A stretch of 63,300 nucleotides of DNA, filler included, from Rhabdomonas costata (Eukaryota), in NCBI GenBank assembly GCA_019059605.1. It is 52 parts of 52 records of this genome, joined end to end, with 100 filler letters (N's around TTAATTAATTAA, not from the genome) between each part and the next. Parts side by side here need not be neighbours in the genome. Positions count along the whole stretch, not along the records: positions 39,029 to 40,145 come from JAHMHO010027622.1; positions 40,246 to 41,365 come from JAHMHO010027623.1; positions 41,466 to 42,584 come from JAHMHO010027624.1; positions 42,685 to 43,803 come from JAHMHO010027625.1; positions 43,904 to 45,022 come from JAHMHO010027626.1; positions 45,123 to 46,241 come from JAHMHO010027627.1; positions 46,342 to 47,460 come from JAHMHO010027628.1; positions 47,561 to 48,679 come from JAHMHO010027629.1; 44 more parts are not named here. The stretch is one strand, 5' to 3'. Position 1 is the stretch's first letter. Every line of letters begins with the position of its first letter. This document shows positions 39,035 through 51,217 of this stretch, piece after piece. The position numbers and the translations under genes were made by a program. Under the pieces are notes generated by a model that made no database searches, had not been told where the DNA came from, and saw only the letters and a list, made by a program, of their open reading frames with translations.

Positions 39035-39271
39035 TGGGCAGGAGCTCCACGGGGCTCCACGGGAGATGGTGTCAGTGTACTCCACCACCTCATCAGTCAT
39101 TACGGTGAGGCCGGGCTGGCCTATGGAGAGCACAGCAGCGAGGCGGGCGCTGTGCCAGTTGCCATTGGCGTCGGAGGCGCTGAGCCGCAGCTCGTCCCTC
39201 TGTGGGGAGGCACTGGCGCGCAGCCGCGGGGTGCACCCCGCTGGGCCCTCGGCTAACTCAGGGACTTGCCC
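39035..39271 (-). CDS. Probable exon, unknown protein
   Basis: tctcag| acceptor and GC-rich open frame ...DELRLSASDANGNWHSARLAAVLSIGQPGLTVMTDEVVEYTD. Confidence 0.45.
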
Positions 39272-41929
39272 CTGAGAGCAGTAACGCACACGTAAAGCGG
39301 GTACAAACGGCAATGGCAGCACAGGCAAAGAGCTCACCTCCGCGTGGTGGCAAAAGAATCCCGGATGCAAAGCAGGGAAGCATGACAACTAAGATGGCCG
39401 CCTTCAACTGATGTAGGACGGTGAGCCCTGATCCCAGGGAAAGGCGACTCTCGTCCGCAAAAAAACACCCGCGAGTGTCGGTGCACAAGAAGCTCAGTTT
39501 GCAGCCATCCAGGAAGTACAAAACAAGGCGAGGTGCGTGCTTCGCTATCCCACTTGACCGTCACAGCCCAGCAAGGGTAATCCCTGTACACCACAGAAAC
39601 TTTCCACTGTTAAACGTGTGACCCCACTTCCGCCCCCCGGGAAGTTCAACGGTCCCCCAGAGTTCGGTAGGTGGATCTGTTCTGGGGTGGGGAGAGAGGG
39701 GAAGAATTGCATAAACCCATGAGACCGAAGCTCCTCGTGCCTTTCCTATAGTACAACTGAACAAAAGGCAGCGAAGGCCGTCCTTGCACCACTTAGCGAT
39801 GACCCTTAATTGTGCGTCTTTTGTACGCCTTGTTTTTTATTAAGACATTAATTTTCAGGCCTGTCCAGGTCATTTATTTCCAGAAACCAAGGGGACGAGG
39901 TTCGCCTTTTCCTTCGCGCATCGAGGCAATGTCGCTCCCCTATTATGACTGGTTTTTTTGTGCCTCTTTACTCCGCAACTGGGAACTTCTTCACCGCAAA
40001 AGTCTTGGTTTTTGTCAATCTCCTCTTTTATTTTGTCGCACCTCGCACGTTTCCTTCTCCTTGCCCTCTGAATGGTGTTGCCTTTATCCACATTAACCGC
40101 TCAAAAAAGTCTGCATTAGTGTCGTGTCAGCCATTCCAAAAACCCNNNNNNNNNNNNNNNNNNNNNNNNNNNNNNNNNNNNNNNNNNNNTTAATTAATTA
40201 ANNNNNNNNNNNNNNNNNNNNNNNNNNNNNNNNNNNNNNNNNNNNTTTTTTGGGAATCAGCTTCCCCCATTCCCCTGATTCAACGCTGCACGCACTGTGG
40301 TGCCCCCCACCACCTGAGGATGCGGATCTGTGGTTCTGCTGCTGCAGTTGTGCAGGTGGATAGTGTTAGTGATAATGATAGTGTTAGTCCAATAATAAAC
40401 TCCACTATTTTCCCGGGGCGGGACTTTTGCTTTGTCTTCGTGCAAAAGTTCTTCACAGCCAGCTTGATCAGAAGCACACTTTCGCACAAGTTGCAGAATG
40501 TTGAGAGGCAATTTTAACCCCCAATCTTCGCTTGTAAACTGATTTGATATATAGTTTGATGAAATTACGAGATTACTTGGATTTTTTTCCAAAGCTCCGC
40601 ATCCCCGCATTTCTTTCCCCTTCACCACAAAATACCTCACTCCTCGGCTTTTCATCGGATAATTCCGACTCTCCGTGTGCTACGCGCTCTTCGGTTCCAC
40701 CCCTCCCTGGTGCGGTCCCGCACCGGATCTGCGCTTTTCGGGACGGTGGGCCGCGGAGGACTGGCGTCACAGTGTTCAAAGCTTCTGTTCAGTGTGGTGT
40801 GCCTTTCCAGAGATTCTTGTGGCGAGTTTACGAATCCAAAACTATGACCAATTCTAAAGTTGCTATGTGAAACGTTGTGAAGGGAATATTGGACGGGGGG
40901 GGGGATGAACGATCGTTGGCTGCTCAGGAAATGGAGGCCACAGGATTCCAATGTCAGATTACACGCACTCAAGACAGTATTCTGCGCAAATATTATTCAG
41001 ACGTGTGAATTGACCCAGTTTTAAAGCTTTCAAAAGGGGAGGGGACCCCCCAGAAGATCGCATGCACAAAAGACAGAAGAAATCGATTTCACGGATTAGA
41101 TTGGAAATCAGAGATGAACATGGCAGTCCGCCATCACCCTTCCTTCCTTCCTTCCTTCCTTTACTCTTGCTCAGAGTAAGCACAAAAATAATGAAAGACC
41201 TTCTTCCTTCCCAACCCGCTGCGGGTCCTCTCCAGATAAGGTGCCCTGCCACCGCGTTTTTTCATTTATAGGATCATTCCTTCCCAACACCCTCCACCCT
41301 CTGCAACTTAACATTAGTAGGCGTGGCAACTGTACAACCAGTAACCGTTACCCCCCCCACAACCCNNNNNNNNNNNNNNNNNNNNNNNNNNNNNNNNNNN
41401 NNNNNNNNNTTAATTAATTAANNNNNNNNNNNNNNNNNNNNNNNNNNNNNNNNNNNNNNNNNNNNCAACCCGGAGGCCTGAGTGCTGGCATAGCGCAGAA
41501 TCCCCCGCCCACGCCAAAGGGAAAGGCGACAGAGACCTTGCATGGGTCAGTTTTGGAAATGATTATGTGAACCCCCGAGGAGATGACAAGAACAACCACC
41601 GCTGCAGAGGAAAAAAGCAAAAGCCGCACGATGAACACAATCGCAGAAGGATTTTGCAGCAGACGACGCGCCTCTTCAGAAAAGAGAGAGAATAGAAGAT
41701 TTCATAAGTTTCCTCACTTTTAGGCCGCGAAGAGAACGCCAGGAAAGGATCTGTGAGTCGGTCCCTGACGACCAGAAGAATAAAAAACGAGGGTCTGGCA
41801 GCCATACAAACTTAGTGTAATTGTTGAGAACCCGCACAAATACAGTGGTCCAAAACATCGGCTCCGGATGGCACACGGATGGCTTACACCCACGATAAAC
41901 ACCACCGCCGTCAACGTAATCTGCTCTGG

Positions 41930-42146
41930 TCATCCCACAGTTGTAGGTTCATGCAAGCGACGTTTCTGGCCTGAGCGACCATCGCCGGAAACGGAAGGGA
42001 AAGGAGCCCCTTCTCGAGCCTGCTCAGCCAGCAGCTCGGAGTGCCGAAAGCAACCCGTGGTGTGGTCATTGACTATCCCGACAGCTTGCATGTAGGCGTA
42101 CATGATGGTCGGCCCAACAAAACTGAAACCCCGCCGCTTGAGCTCC
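41930..42146 (-). CDS. tag: Last exon of a DNA-3-methyladenine glycosylase I (Tag family)
   Basis: tttctcag|ELKRRGFSFVGPTIMYAYMQAVGIVNDHTTGCFR, the hallmark LKKRGF.FVGPT..Y..MQA.G.VNDH...C motif; basic tail, TGA stop. Confidence 0.93.
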
Positions 42147-42689
42147 CTGAGAAAAGGAAAACGGCAAGACGGTTGTGCAGCGTGGAACCCCGACATAAGT
42201 TCAACGCCCCCCTTCGAGACCTGAGCGGGAGATGGATGGATAAAAAGGAAGATGGATGGATGGAACGTTAGAAATAAGGAAGGATTCAGCGAGGGCAAGA
42301 AAAACTCTCATTGTAAGCCGCGCGTCACCTATTCAAACGTTAGCTTTAAGAGATTAGGAGATTTCCTTGGCATGCATATATCACTGACATTCATACACCG
42401 GATATGGGTGCCTAGATGTTCAACATGCTCCCCAAGTCAAAGAGAAGAAAACTCATCAGCAGTTGAAATTTTTTCGAAAATAACTGTGATTCGGAGTGAC
42501 ATGGACGATTGTATTTTTCAGATAATCGAATCAGAACGGCAAATGTTACACTTGCTGCACTGCAGAGCACGTGATCAACACAACNNNNNNNNNNNNNNNN
42601 NNNNNNNNNNNNNNNNNNNNNNNNNNNNTTAATTAATTAANNNNNNNNNNNNNNNNNNNNNNNNNNNNNNNNNNNNNNNNNNNNGTTTT

Positions 42690-43803
42690 TTCTTTCTAAA
42701 TACTTTTGGCCCCATCACTCCACTCTTCAACACCTCTTTGCCTCCACCCTTGCCACGACACCTACGGTTGCCACATGTGTTTTAACTTGGAAAAGCACCT
42801 TGCTCGTCTAGCATCCCATCTGAACGAGTCCCGCAATAAAGAAACCAAGCCGCAATCCACAGCCATGATTTCCACTACCCCTAATCTCACACAGCTCAAG
42901 CACAGCTAGCTGATGTCAATAACCTACTCAAATTAGACTCAACACTATATTAATCCTCAACACAACCATAACATCCACTTATCACTCCGCCCTACTCCTC
43001 TACCCCACCACTCAATCCGCAAACTGTAGCCGCTTCCTCCCTCCACCACCGCCTCTAAAGCGAAGTGCACCCACCACTTTCCCCACTACCAAACAATCAA
43101 TGTAGCCCGACATCCATACCTAAACCGAACGCGTCATACTCATTTCCTTCTGTTCTATCTCGCACACCATCCACAACTCCACACCATATTTGCTCCTGCA
43201 CTCCTTACCATCACCTCCAACCCCAAATCCTAGCCCTCCGCGTCCCACATTTGACACTCCATCTGATGTTGTCTCATTGTCTCGGCTGCCGACTACCAAC
43301 CCTCGATTGACGCCACCAAGTCTACCCTCCACAATTCCGAACCGTTCACATCCTCTCACACTTTTGCCATACTCCGAATCCCTTGATGACATCACGCTCA
43401 CTGGCACTTACTTCATCACAAAAGCTAACAATCACCATTTCCTCAATGTCAGCCCATCCCATTAGGAGCCGCCATCCTTCATCGTTTTTCCACCAATGCA
43501 AACACCGTCAACACCATCGACCGCATTCTGACACGTCTCCTCTCCATGGAATACTAACGCCTTGCTTCACCCGAAGTCCTCACTTCCGCCTGGAACCATC
43601 TTCCGCGCAACTCCACATTCTTTGAGACAGTAAGTCCAGGCACCTTCTCTAACTTGTGGTGGCACATCTGGCAAATGTGGCAACGCGTTAGCCCCATCAG
43701 AGATTCCACCGTTCGCCGTATCGAAACCAACCGCATTCTTTGGATCGTTCGTCTCACTTGCCCTACCTACGTCCCCTACATGATGCCCACCACCGCACCC
43801 AAC
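42690..43803 (+). mobile_element. Possible decayed non-LTR retroelement-like sequence
   Basis: Strong C/A strand skew, broken reading frames, no splice structure; no diagnostic RT motif seen. Confidence 0.25.
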
Positions 43804-43913
43804 NNNNNNNNNNNNNNNNNNNNNNNNNNNNNNNNNNNNNNNNNNNNTTAATTAATTAANNNNNNNNNNNNNNNNNNNNNNNNNNNNNNNNNNNNNNNNN
43901 NNNTTTGTGGCAG

Positions 43914-44707
43914 GAATGATTTACCTGGAGCCTGAAGCGATGGGATGGCGTCCGCTGTTCCAGTCGTGGCTGCAGGCATTGCCTGAGCAGTGGGCCGCCA
44001 GCCCTAAGGCAGCAGAGATCCTGAAGACCCTCTTTGAATGGTGCGCTTGTGTGGAGTGATAGGGGAACGGAGAATGGAGTCGGTTGCTGAGATGAACTGC
44101 AGACTCGAGGAGTTTGGAAGCACGGACACCTTTGCCCATGAACTTGGCACAAAATGTAGTGTTACGACCTCGGAAACAACCGTCGCAGACTTTTCTTAAC
44201 AAGCGAGCACGAGGTGAACGTTTGGCCTATGCAAACGTAATGGTGTGGTTCGCGGGGGAAGAGACATATTTAGCATTTTGATTTTTATGATGCAATGAGC
44301 GTTCACCTGTGGATTCCCATTTTCGCGGGTTGTCGTGCACACAGGCTGATCGATCCCTCCCTGGAGTTTACCCGTAAGCAGTGCAAGAAGACCATGGCAT
44401 CCGTTAACGACGTCACCCTTGTTGGTACGAGTCTCCCGTTTATCCCATCCACTTTTCGTCTGGAAATGCGTCCATCTTTCCTTCGGGGCGCGTTACTGAC
44501 TTGACTGGCGCCCTGATTCAGGCTTGCTTTCACTTCCCTTCCTGGACACATTGCCTGCAAGCTCACGTGTGGTCATCTCTCGCGCTTTGACGCACAGCGG
44601 GAACTTTGAAGCTTCTGCGCACCTTCCTGGCGGACCCCCGGGAGGCGACCACGGGCGAGCACGCTGCCGAGCAGGCCTCGCCGGAGGCCGCCGAGCATGA
44701 CGAGCAG
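43914..44707 (+). CDS. Axonemal dynein heavy chain, end of AAA2 and following lid; exons 43914-44040, 44345-44424, 44598-44707
   Basis: GMIYLEPEAMGWRPLFQSWL...LFEWLIDPSLEFTRKQCK matches DNAH CGMIY.EP..LGW.P...SWL...LF.WL.DP.L.F.RK.CK. Confidence 0.93.
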
Positions 44708-45701
44708 GTGATGAAAACTCTGACAGTGTTTGTTGTGGCGAGAAGGATATAAATATTCAAGAAGGAGAGACTGGCACGGGTGTCTCACAAGTCCAAAGAA
44801 GTTGCAGGATTTAGGCTGCCCACTCGCGGATGGCAAGAAAATGAAGTGGTCAGCTGTAATTTGCTCGTTTTGAACGAGCGCTCTATCAGGTGCAGAAATG
44901 AGAGCAAACACATACCTTTCTGGTCACTCCCTCCGTTCTTGAACACGTTCTTTTACATGGGAACTATCCATCTGGCTTCCTCCCCAGTGATAACTCCCAA
45001 AACCCCCAACCACACCCAACACNNNNNNNNNNNNNNNNNNNNNNNNNNNNNNNNNNNNNNNNNNNNTTAATTAATTAANNNNNNNNNNNNNNNNNNNNNN
45101 NNNNNNNNNNNNNNNNNNNNNNTTGTGTTTGTCCCCGACCTGCGCTTGAACGCGCATGATGCGTCTTCAACCCAGGGAAACGTGAGCGGACCATTCAACC
45201 CCACCGCCTTTCCCTCGAGATCAATGCACAGAGAGAAAACGTCACAGGACCACTCGAAAGAGACTATCCCGCGGCTTTCCATTCACTTGCACTCCTCCCC
45301 CGCCCCAGAGTTGGAGGAATGGCATCGAGGTCACGAGAGGGCATTCCGACAGAAGGCACGAGCGTAGCGAGTAGGAAGTAGCGTAGCATGCGAGGTACCG
45401 AGCATGCGTAGTAGTATCACCTAGTCGTCGTGACTCTCACGTCCTCTCGAGTCACTCCTCCATCCTCCCTCACTCCCCACCACTGAAGGGTGGTCCGTTC
45501 GGTCATCCATACGTTACTACACCTGTCACTTCACTCGTTTCACCACCATAAGGTGCTTCCACTCGTTCCGCCCTGGTGTAGCCACAGAGGAATACCAAGA
45601 GAGGTTACGCTTTCACTCTCTAGGGTAAGTACGTAGCATGGGTCTGAGCGTAGCGAGGGAGCCATGCGGAGTAGGAATACACGTAAAGGCATCGCAGATA
45701 G

Positions 45702-46241
45702 AATACACCCCTTCTCTCTTTCTTCCTTCACTCTTCAAAGCTGGTAGGAATACACACACTTCAGCCCTCAACTCACCCTTCGACTCCAACACACAACCCT
45801 TCCACCATCCCTACGCCCTCAGAAACACAGCCCTCAGAATCCACACACAGAAGCGTTACAGAAGCAGTACAGACACCAGCATCACCAAGTACACCACTAG
45901 CGCTAGAAACCATCACGTCACCAACCCTCACATCCCCAGCCCCTCAAAACCACGCATCACCTTCGAACATCCCTCGACCCTCTAAAGCAAGCACAACATC
46001 AAGCACAACAACGCTAACATCAACGCTACCCTCCACATCCACCGTACCAGCCAAGACACCCTCACCAACCACATCATACGCACTAGAAACAGAGAGCATG
46101 GTTGAAGGAATCGGAACACACAGAAGGAACAGACACAGCAGCGTAAACCCAGCACTCCACCACAGCATCAACGTCACCACTCAACCCACCAACACCCTCA
46201 GCGCCTCGAACCACCACACCCACAACACCACAACAGAGACA
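45702..46241 (+). other. Stop-free S/T/P-rich frame (~180 codons, no early ATG) in C/A-skewed DNA
   Basis: Open from 45702 to the contig end in the frame of ORF 46098; A-ending codons unlike host exons. Confidence 0.35.
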
Positions 46242-46468
46242 NNNNNNNNNNNNNNNNNNNNNNNNNNNNNNNNNNNNNNNNNNNNTTAATTAATTAANNN
46301 NNNNNNNNNNNNNNNNNNNNNNNNNNNNNNNNNNNNNNNNNCCGAATCCCTATAAGAAGAGCTACTGCAGGAAATGAAGAAGGGGGGGGGGAGATTGAAG
46401 AAATCCATCCATAGCTGTTTGGAAAGCACTGCTGCCACCCTACACGTGTGCCCGCAGTTTCCTTCTCC

Positions 46469-46915
46469 TCACATCACTAGTTGCAGAACCCGCTGGACAT
46501 CCAGAGGTACGTCCCGAACCAGCGCATTCACCAACTCCGCGAGCTCCTCGGCCTGAGCCGCCGTCCCCCCGCCTGCACAGACCCGGTCCTTGACATACCT
46601 CTGGTGCAGTTCTGGGCTCACCGGCATCTCTGGGTCCCCCAAGCAGCCCTCCCGAGAAGCTGATACCACCTTATCCCCAGGAAAGGTCACAGTCACTCGG
46701 GATCCCCAGCGAGCGGGGTATGCCGAGGCAAACTCTGGGGTGACCTGAAGGCGGACCGTGGAGCGGTATGGGGCCAGGCGGGCGATGGCCGGGGCGGTGA
46801 AGGTGGCCAGGGTGACCTCGCCGTCGGCCAGGGCTGCGGAGACAGCGTGATGCAGGCTAAACTTGGCCTCATATTCCGTAGTGGGGTGGGGTCGGTCGGT
46901 GACGTCCAGCGCTGC
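46469..46915 (-). CDS. Last exon of an MmgE/PrpD-family protein (2-methylcitrate dehydratase-like fold)
   Basis: ttccgtag|AALDVTDRPHPTTEYEAKFSLHHAVSAALADG...AYPARWGSRVTV...CLGDPEMP...*; AKFS...A.AL..G, YP, G.P..P family motifs; 149 codons. Confidence 0.88.
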   Translation of the reverse strand, partial: AALDVTDRPHPTTEYEAKFSLHHAVSAALADGEVTLATFTAPAIARLAPYRSTVRLQVTPEFASAYPARWGSRVTVTFPGDKVVSASREGCLGDPEMPVSPELHQRYVKDRVCAGGGTAAQAEELAELVNALVRDVPLDVQRVLQLVM

Positions 46916-47937
46916 CTACGGAAAACCCCAAGGAAAACTAGCGATGTGTGCGTTGTGCAGCAGTGCGTGCGGAATGGAGCAAGAGCTGACAAATGAGGAG
47001 CTCGCATATCGTTTCGTGGCGCCCATCGAGCCGAGTGACACAACGAAAGGAATCAACGACCACGGCATTCGAGAAGCAAACCTGAGCCTTTTAAGAGCAG
47101 CATAATCAAACACACAAACAAATGGCCAAAACTCACTGTGGAGCGCTCTGCGTGCCGTGCAAAGGGCATCCCCAGTGCCCTTTTATTACAGAAAGACAAT
47201 CATATGCACGCTCCTATTTGGAAACCCATTCTTCCCAGCAAACCAAACCCACGCTTTTCCAAGTAATTCCGGAGAGATTCTTTGGATGAGAGTGAGTAGT
47301 CTGTTTCCCTTAATTATCCATTGAGAAGGGGTGGGGTTATACAAACCAGCCAGTGTCGTGCAAAATCGTTTGGTTCCCAGCTTGCTGTGTGGGTTTCAAA
47401 ATGTGGCTTTTCAGAAGTATTCCAAAAACCCACACCCAAAACCCAAACACACCCACCACCNNNNNNNNNNNNNNNNNNNNNNNNNNNNNNNNNNNNNNNN
47501 NNNNTTAATTAATTAANNNNNNNNNNNNNNNNNNNNNNNNNNNNNNNNNNNNNNNNNNNNGGTTGGTTTGTGTTGTTCTCTCGTTGTTTGTGTGGGGGGG
47601 GGGAACATTCGTTCAAAGCGTGGGCTTGAGCTAAAAATTGGGTGAAGTAAGCCGGACGGGAGCACCATGCCTGTCCCCTTCCACCTCCCAGATGTGAACG
47701 ATTTGTTACGTGCATCTGATGCTTCAATCCCGCAAGACCACTCCTCCCAGGGGGACAAGTGCAAACTCTTTTCGAGCACACGGACACACACTGGACAAAC
47801 GTCACGTCCCTCGGACAAAGGCCATTTTGGCCACTAAACCGCCTTTAACCTGGTTCACCGACGCATGCCCAGGGCATCGACCATAACGTCTCACATGAAT
47901 CTCTCCCTCAAAGAGGCAAATGCGTCCGCACTCATAC

Positions 47938-48111
47938 CCGGAGAGGCTCTGGACCTCGACCTCGATGTAGTAGCAGCCGCGGGAAAAGCTGCACACGCTG
48001 CGGGCGCTGATGGCGTTCACAGGGTCGCCTACTCGCAAGGAGAGGCGGCTCTCCCCGAACTCCACCATTCCAGAGGTGTTCGGGGGGTCCCATTCCAGGT
48101 CCCCTGGAAGG
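47938..48111 (-). CDS. Exon of a SPRY/B30.2-like domain
   Basis: ctgcag|LEWDPPNTSGMVEFGESRLSL...SARSVCSFSRGCYYIEVEV|gtatga (WD...S.R....F..G.YY.EV). Confidence 0.65.
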
Positions 48112-50875
48112 CTGCAGACCTGAACCCCCCTCCCCCCCTCGGATCAAGTGTGTTACTTTTCAGGGGGAGGGGGAGATGCCGTTTTTAAAAACGGTCATGT
48201 GTGCACACAACATATACAGACATATACAAACTTATGCAAACTTATACACTGTCCCAGTCATCCAAACCGAATGTGTCTAGAAAGTTATTAAACCGTCCAC
48301 CCCTAAAAAAACCCAAACAAAAAGGCACGTAATAGTTTCCGTCGTGTGGCGGGGGGAAAACAGAACGAAAATCCGAAGAGCTTTTGCTGTCTGGAAATCA
48401 GTCTGGAAGTCAGGAATATCCATGCAAATGAGATTACGTTCTGTTGTCGACCCGCGTCACAAGCTATGTTAACCGCCAAGATGTCACTGTTGGGAACAAA
48501 ACCCTTGACGGCTCAAAACGTGAGTGGTGGCTCAAAAAATGGCTGGAAAATGCGGGGGGAACAATGGCGTTGCTACTCAACAGCAGCAGGGAAAATGGCC
48601 GTTTATATTCTTTCAATTATTGCACTTAAAAAACACCTGGGACGCATTTTCCGAAAGAGGGGGGAGGCGCACCTGAAAGNNNNNNNNNNNNNNNNNNNNN
48701 NNNNNNNNNNNNNNNNNNNNNNNTTAATTAATTAANNNNNNNNNNNNNNNNNNNNNNNNNNNNNNNNNNNNNNNNNNNNTGTGTTGTGTTCCTGTCCTGT
48801 TTCGGAAAGCGGAAAGCACTACTCATTGCCCCTTGTAGGTTAGGCGTACATGTCGATTTTAGTCTGCTCTTGACGGTTCTCTAACTGTCTCTCTCTGTCT
48901 GTATGTCTCTCTCTCGCGCGCGCGCGCGCCGTGTTCGGCTTCTTTTGCATCCCCCTTTGCGTCCCAGTCTTCCTTTCCTAATCCCCCGATACACTGCGTT
49001 TGTATGCATTGGGATGCTTGATGAATTGCTGTTTTGCAGTGCAGACAGCATTGATCGCCCCTCGTTGAGTTCCCCCCTTTCCATAACCCTTTCATTGCGT
49101 CAACTTTGATGGATACATCGGGGTTTGTTCCGTGAATTTCCTGGTTCTCCTTTCTGCTGGATGGCTCCCTTTATGCTGCATCCTAGCAAAATCCCAGCAA
49201 AAGCCGCAGCATTGGTTCGATTATCCGTTTGTGCCGCCGCAATTGTTTCTGCCGACTCTACCGAAGATGACCCCAAGAAAAAGATGTTCGCAACAGCCAC
49301 ATCAAAGATAGAGGGCTCAGACGCTTCCAATCGGAGTTTTGGTTCTCGTCCTTTTGGTGTTCTACACAGGCCACAGAGACCACTCCACACCGAGGAGAAA
49401 CAGTCACAGACCGAATTCTGGTCAGTTTCGAACACAAAAGAAGGAGGCAGACGCCCCCGTGCGCTTTGTTGTGGACCGAAAGGTGTATTCCAAATGCAGC
49501 TCCGGCGCATCAGCAGTCCTCCCCTCCCGTCTCCGACATCGTCCACTCCACAAACTTGGGATAACATTGCAGCCTGCCGTTTCTTTTGACCAGAGCAGTC
49601 AGTGGATGGCACTTGAAAATGAGAGAGAGAGAGAGAAGTATACGCAACACCTCCCTAGCCTTGTTGTCGGCAGCTTCGAGAGCCCCGACAATCCACTTGG
49701 CAGCCATTGTCTAAAGCTGAACAATCCTTGAAAAACGTTAAGAAAATAGGGAGTGCAGTTGGAGCACACACGGCATAAATTAATTCAAAGGAGCCTTCTG
49801 TGTGGTCATTTCAAACCCTTTCCCCCCCAACCTCTCAAGCGTTCCTCTCAAGCGCACAGGAAAACAGTGCACTACTCACCATGCTGAGCCACCCACAANN
49901 NNNNNNNNNNNNNNNNNNNNNNNNNNNNNNNNNNNNNNNNNNTTAATTAATTAANNNNNNNNNNNNNNNNNNNNNNNNNNNNNNNNNNNNNNNNNNNNCG
50001 CGAACCCGTAACCCGCCCGCTCGCACTTCTGAATATATCTCGTCTTAAGCCAAATTTCTCATCCTCAGAGCATGTCTTTGAGCTTGCCTCGACAACCTGC
50101 AGTTCGGACTGGCTTCAGCGGGCACACATTGGGGGAATGGGGCTTCAAGAACCAGAGCACGTTCTTCTTCCAGCGCTTTTCAGCTCTTCGTTTGAGTTCG
50201 CTTCCAGTACCGGAGTTGTTCTGGAAGGATATGAGCGAAATGTGGACCTAGCAGGAAATACCAGCTCCCTGAGCTGCTTTCATCATTCGTCACCGACCTC
50301 CGCGGCGACGCGGAAATCCGTCGCGATTGACCAGTAAAAAGTGGTGGCAGGCACTGGTCGACACCAAGGTGGATAAAGTATGATCCGCGTGCGTGCGAGA
50401 AAGAACTGAATGCAGCATGCTATTGCTGATGTTTCATGCTTGCAAGAAGCAGAACGCGCAGTTCAGCGCACTCTCGGGTGTGCTGTCCTCTGCGCTGAGG
50501 CACGCCAGCTGAAGAGGGGATTCCCGTCTGAGGGGGAGGGTCCTTTGTGACTTCGTGTGGCGTATACCCTCCGTCTACATTATCCTCGCTGATCGCTGAG
50601 GGTTGTACGGAGTGAAGGTTGCGCGAACCTGAATGAGGCGCCCATTTTAATACCACCCAGTCCAACGTCGTGATTTCCTCTTCATGCTGAGAGGTAAATT
50701 TCTCAAAGTTCAGTTCCGCGTTGGCCAAAGGTTTCGGAAACCCCCTAAAAGTTCAGTTCACATGGATTTTCAATTATGTGCTGAAATTCGTTCAGCTGAC
50801 AATGAAAGAAAAAAGGGAAGGGAACGAGAGCGGAAACAACACAGAAAAAACCCTGAAGACAGGTGTGATGACAAA

Positions 50876-51103
50876 CAAGGCAAGCGAAATGTACAGTCGA
50901 CCAAGATGGGTGACATTGCGGTCTTGGGCAAACACGAGAGGGAGGAAGCAGGACAGGTGGAAAGGGAGGGGGGGGGCGCTGGAAAAGGAAATAAAATATA
51001 TAAACTTATTCACCGCCGGGTACTCAACTCAAGGTACAACGCTACAGGTATACCAGCCAAGGCAAGCGAAATGTACAGTCGACCAAGATGGGTGACAGTG
51101 CGG
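50876..51103 (+). repeat. Direct repeat, 40 bp perfect (46 with one mismatch)
   Basis: CAAGGCAAGCGAAATGTACAGTCGACCAAGATGGGTGACA at 50876-50915 and 51058-51097. Confidence 0.92.
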
Positions 51104-51217
51104 GCGGGGGCAAACACNNNNNNNNNNNNNNNNNNNNNNNNNNNNNNNNNNNNNNNNNNNNTTAATTAATTAANNNNNNNNNNNNNNNNNNNNNNNNNNN
51201 NNNNNNNNNNNNNNNNN

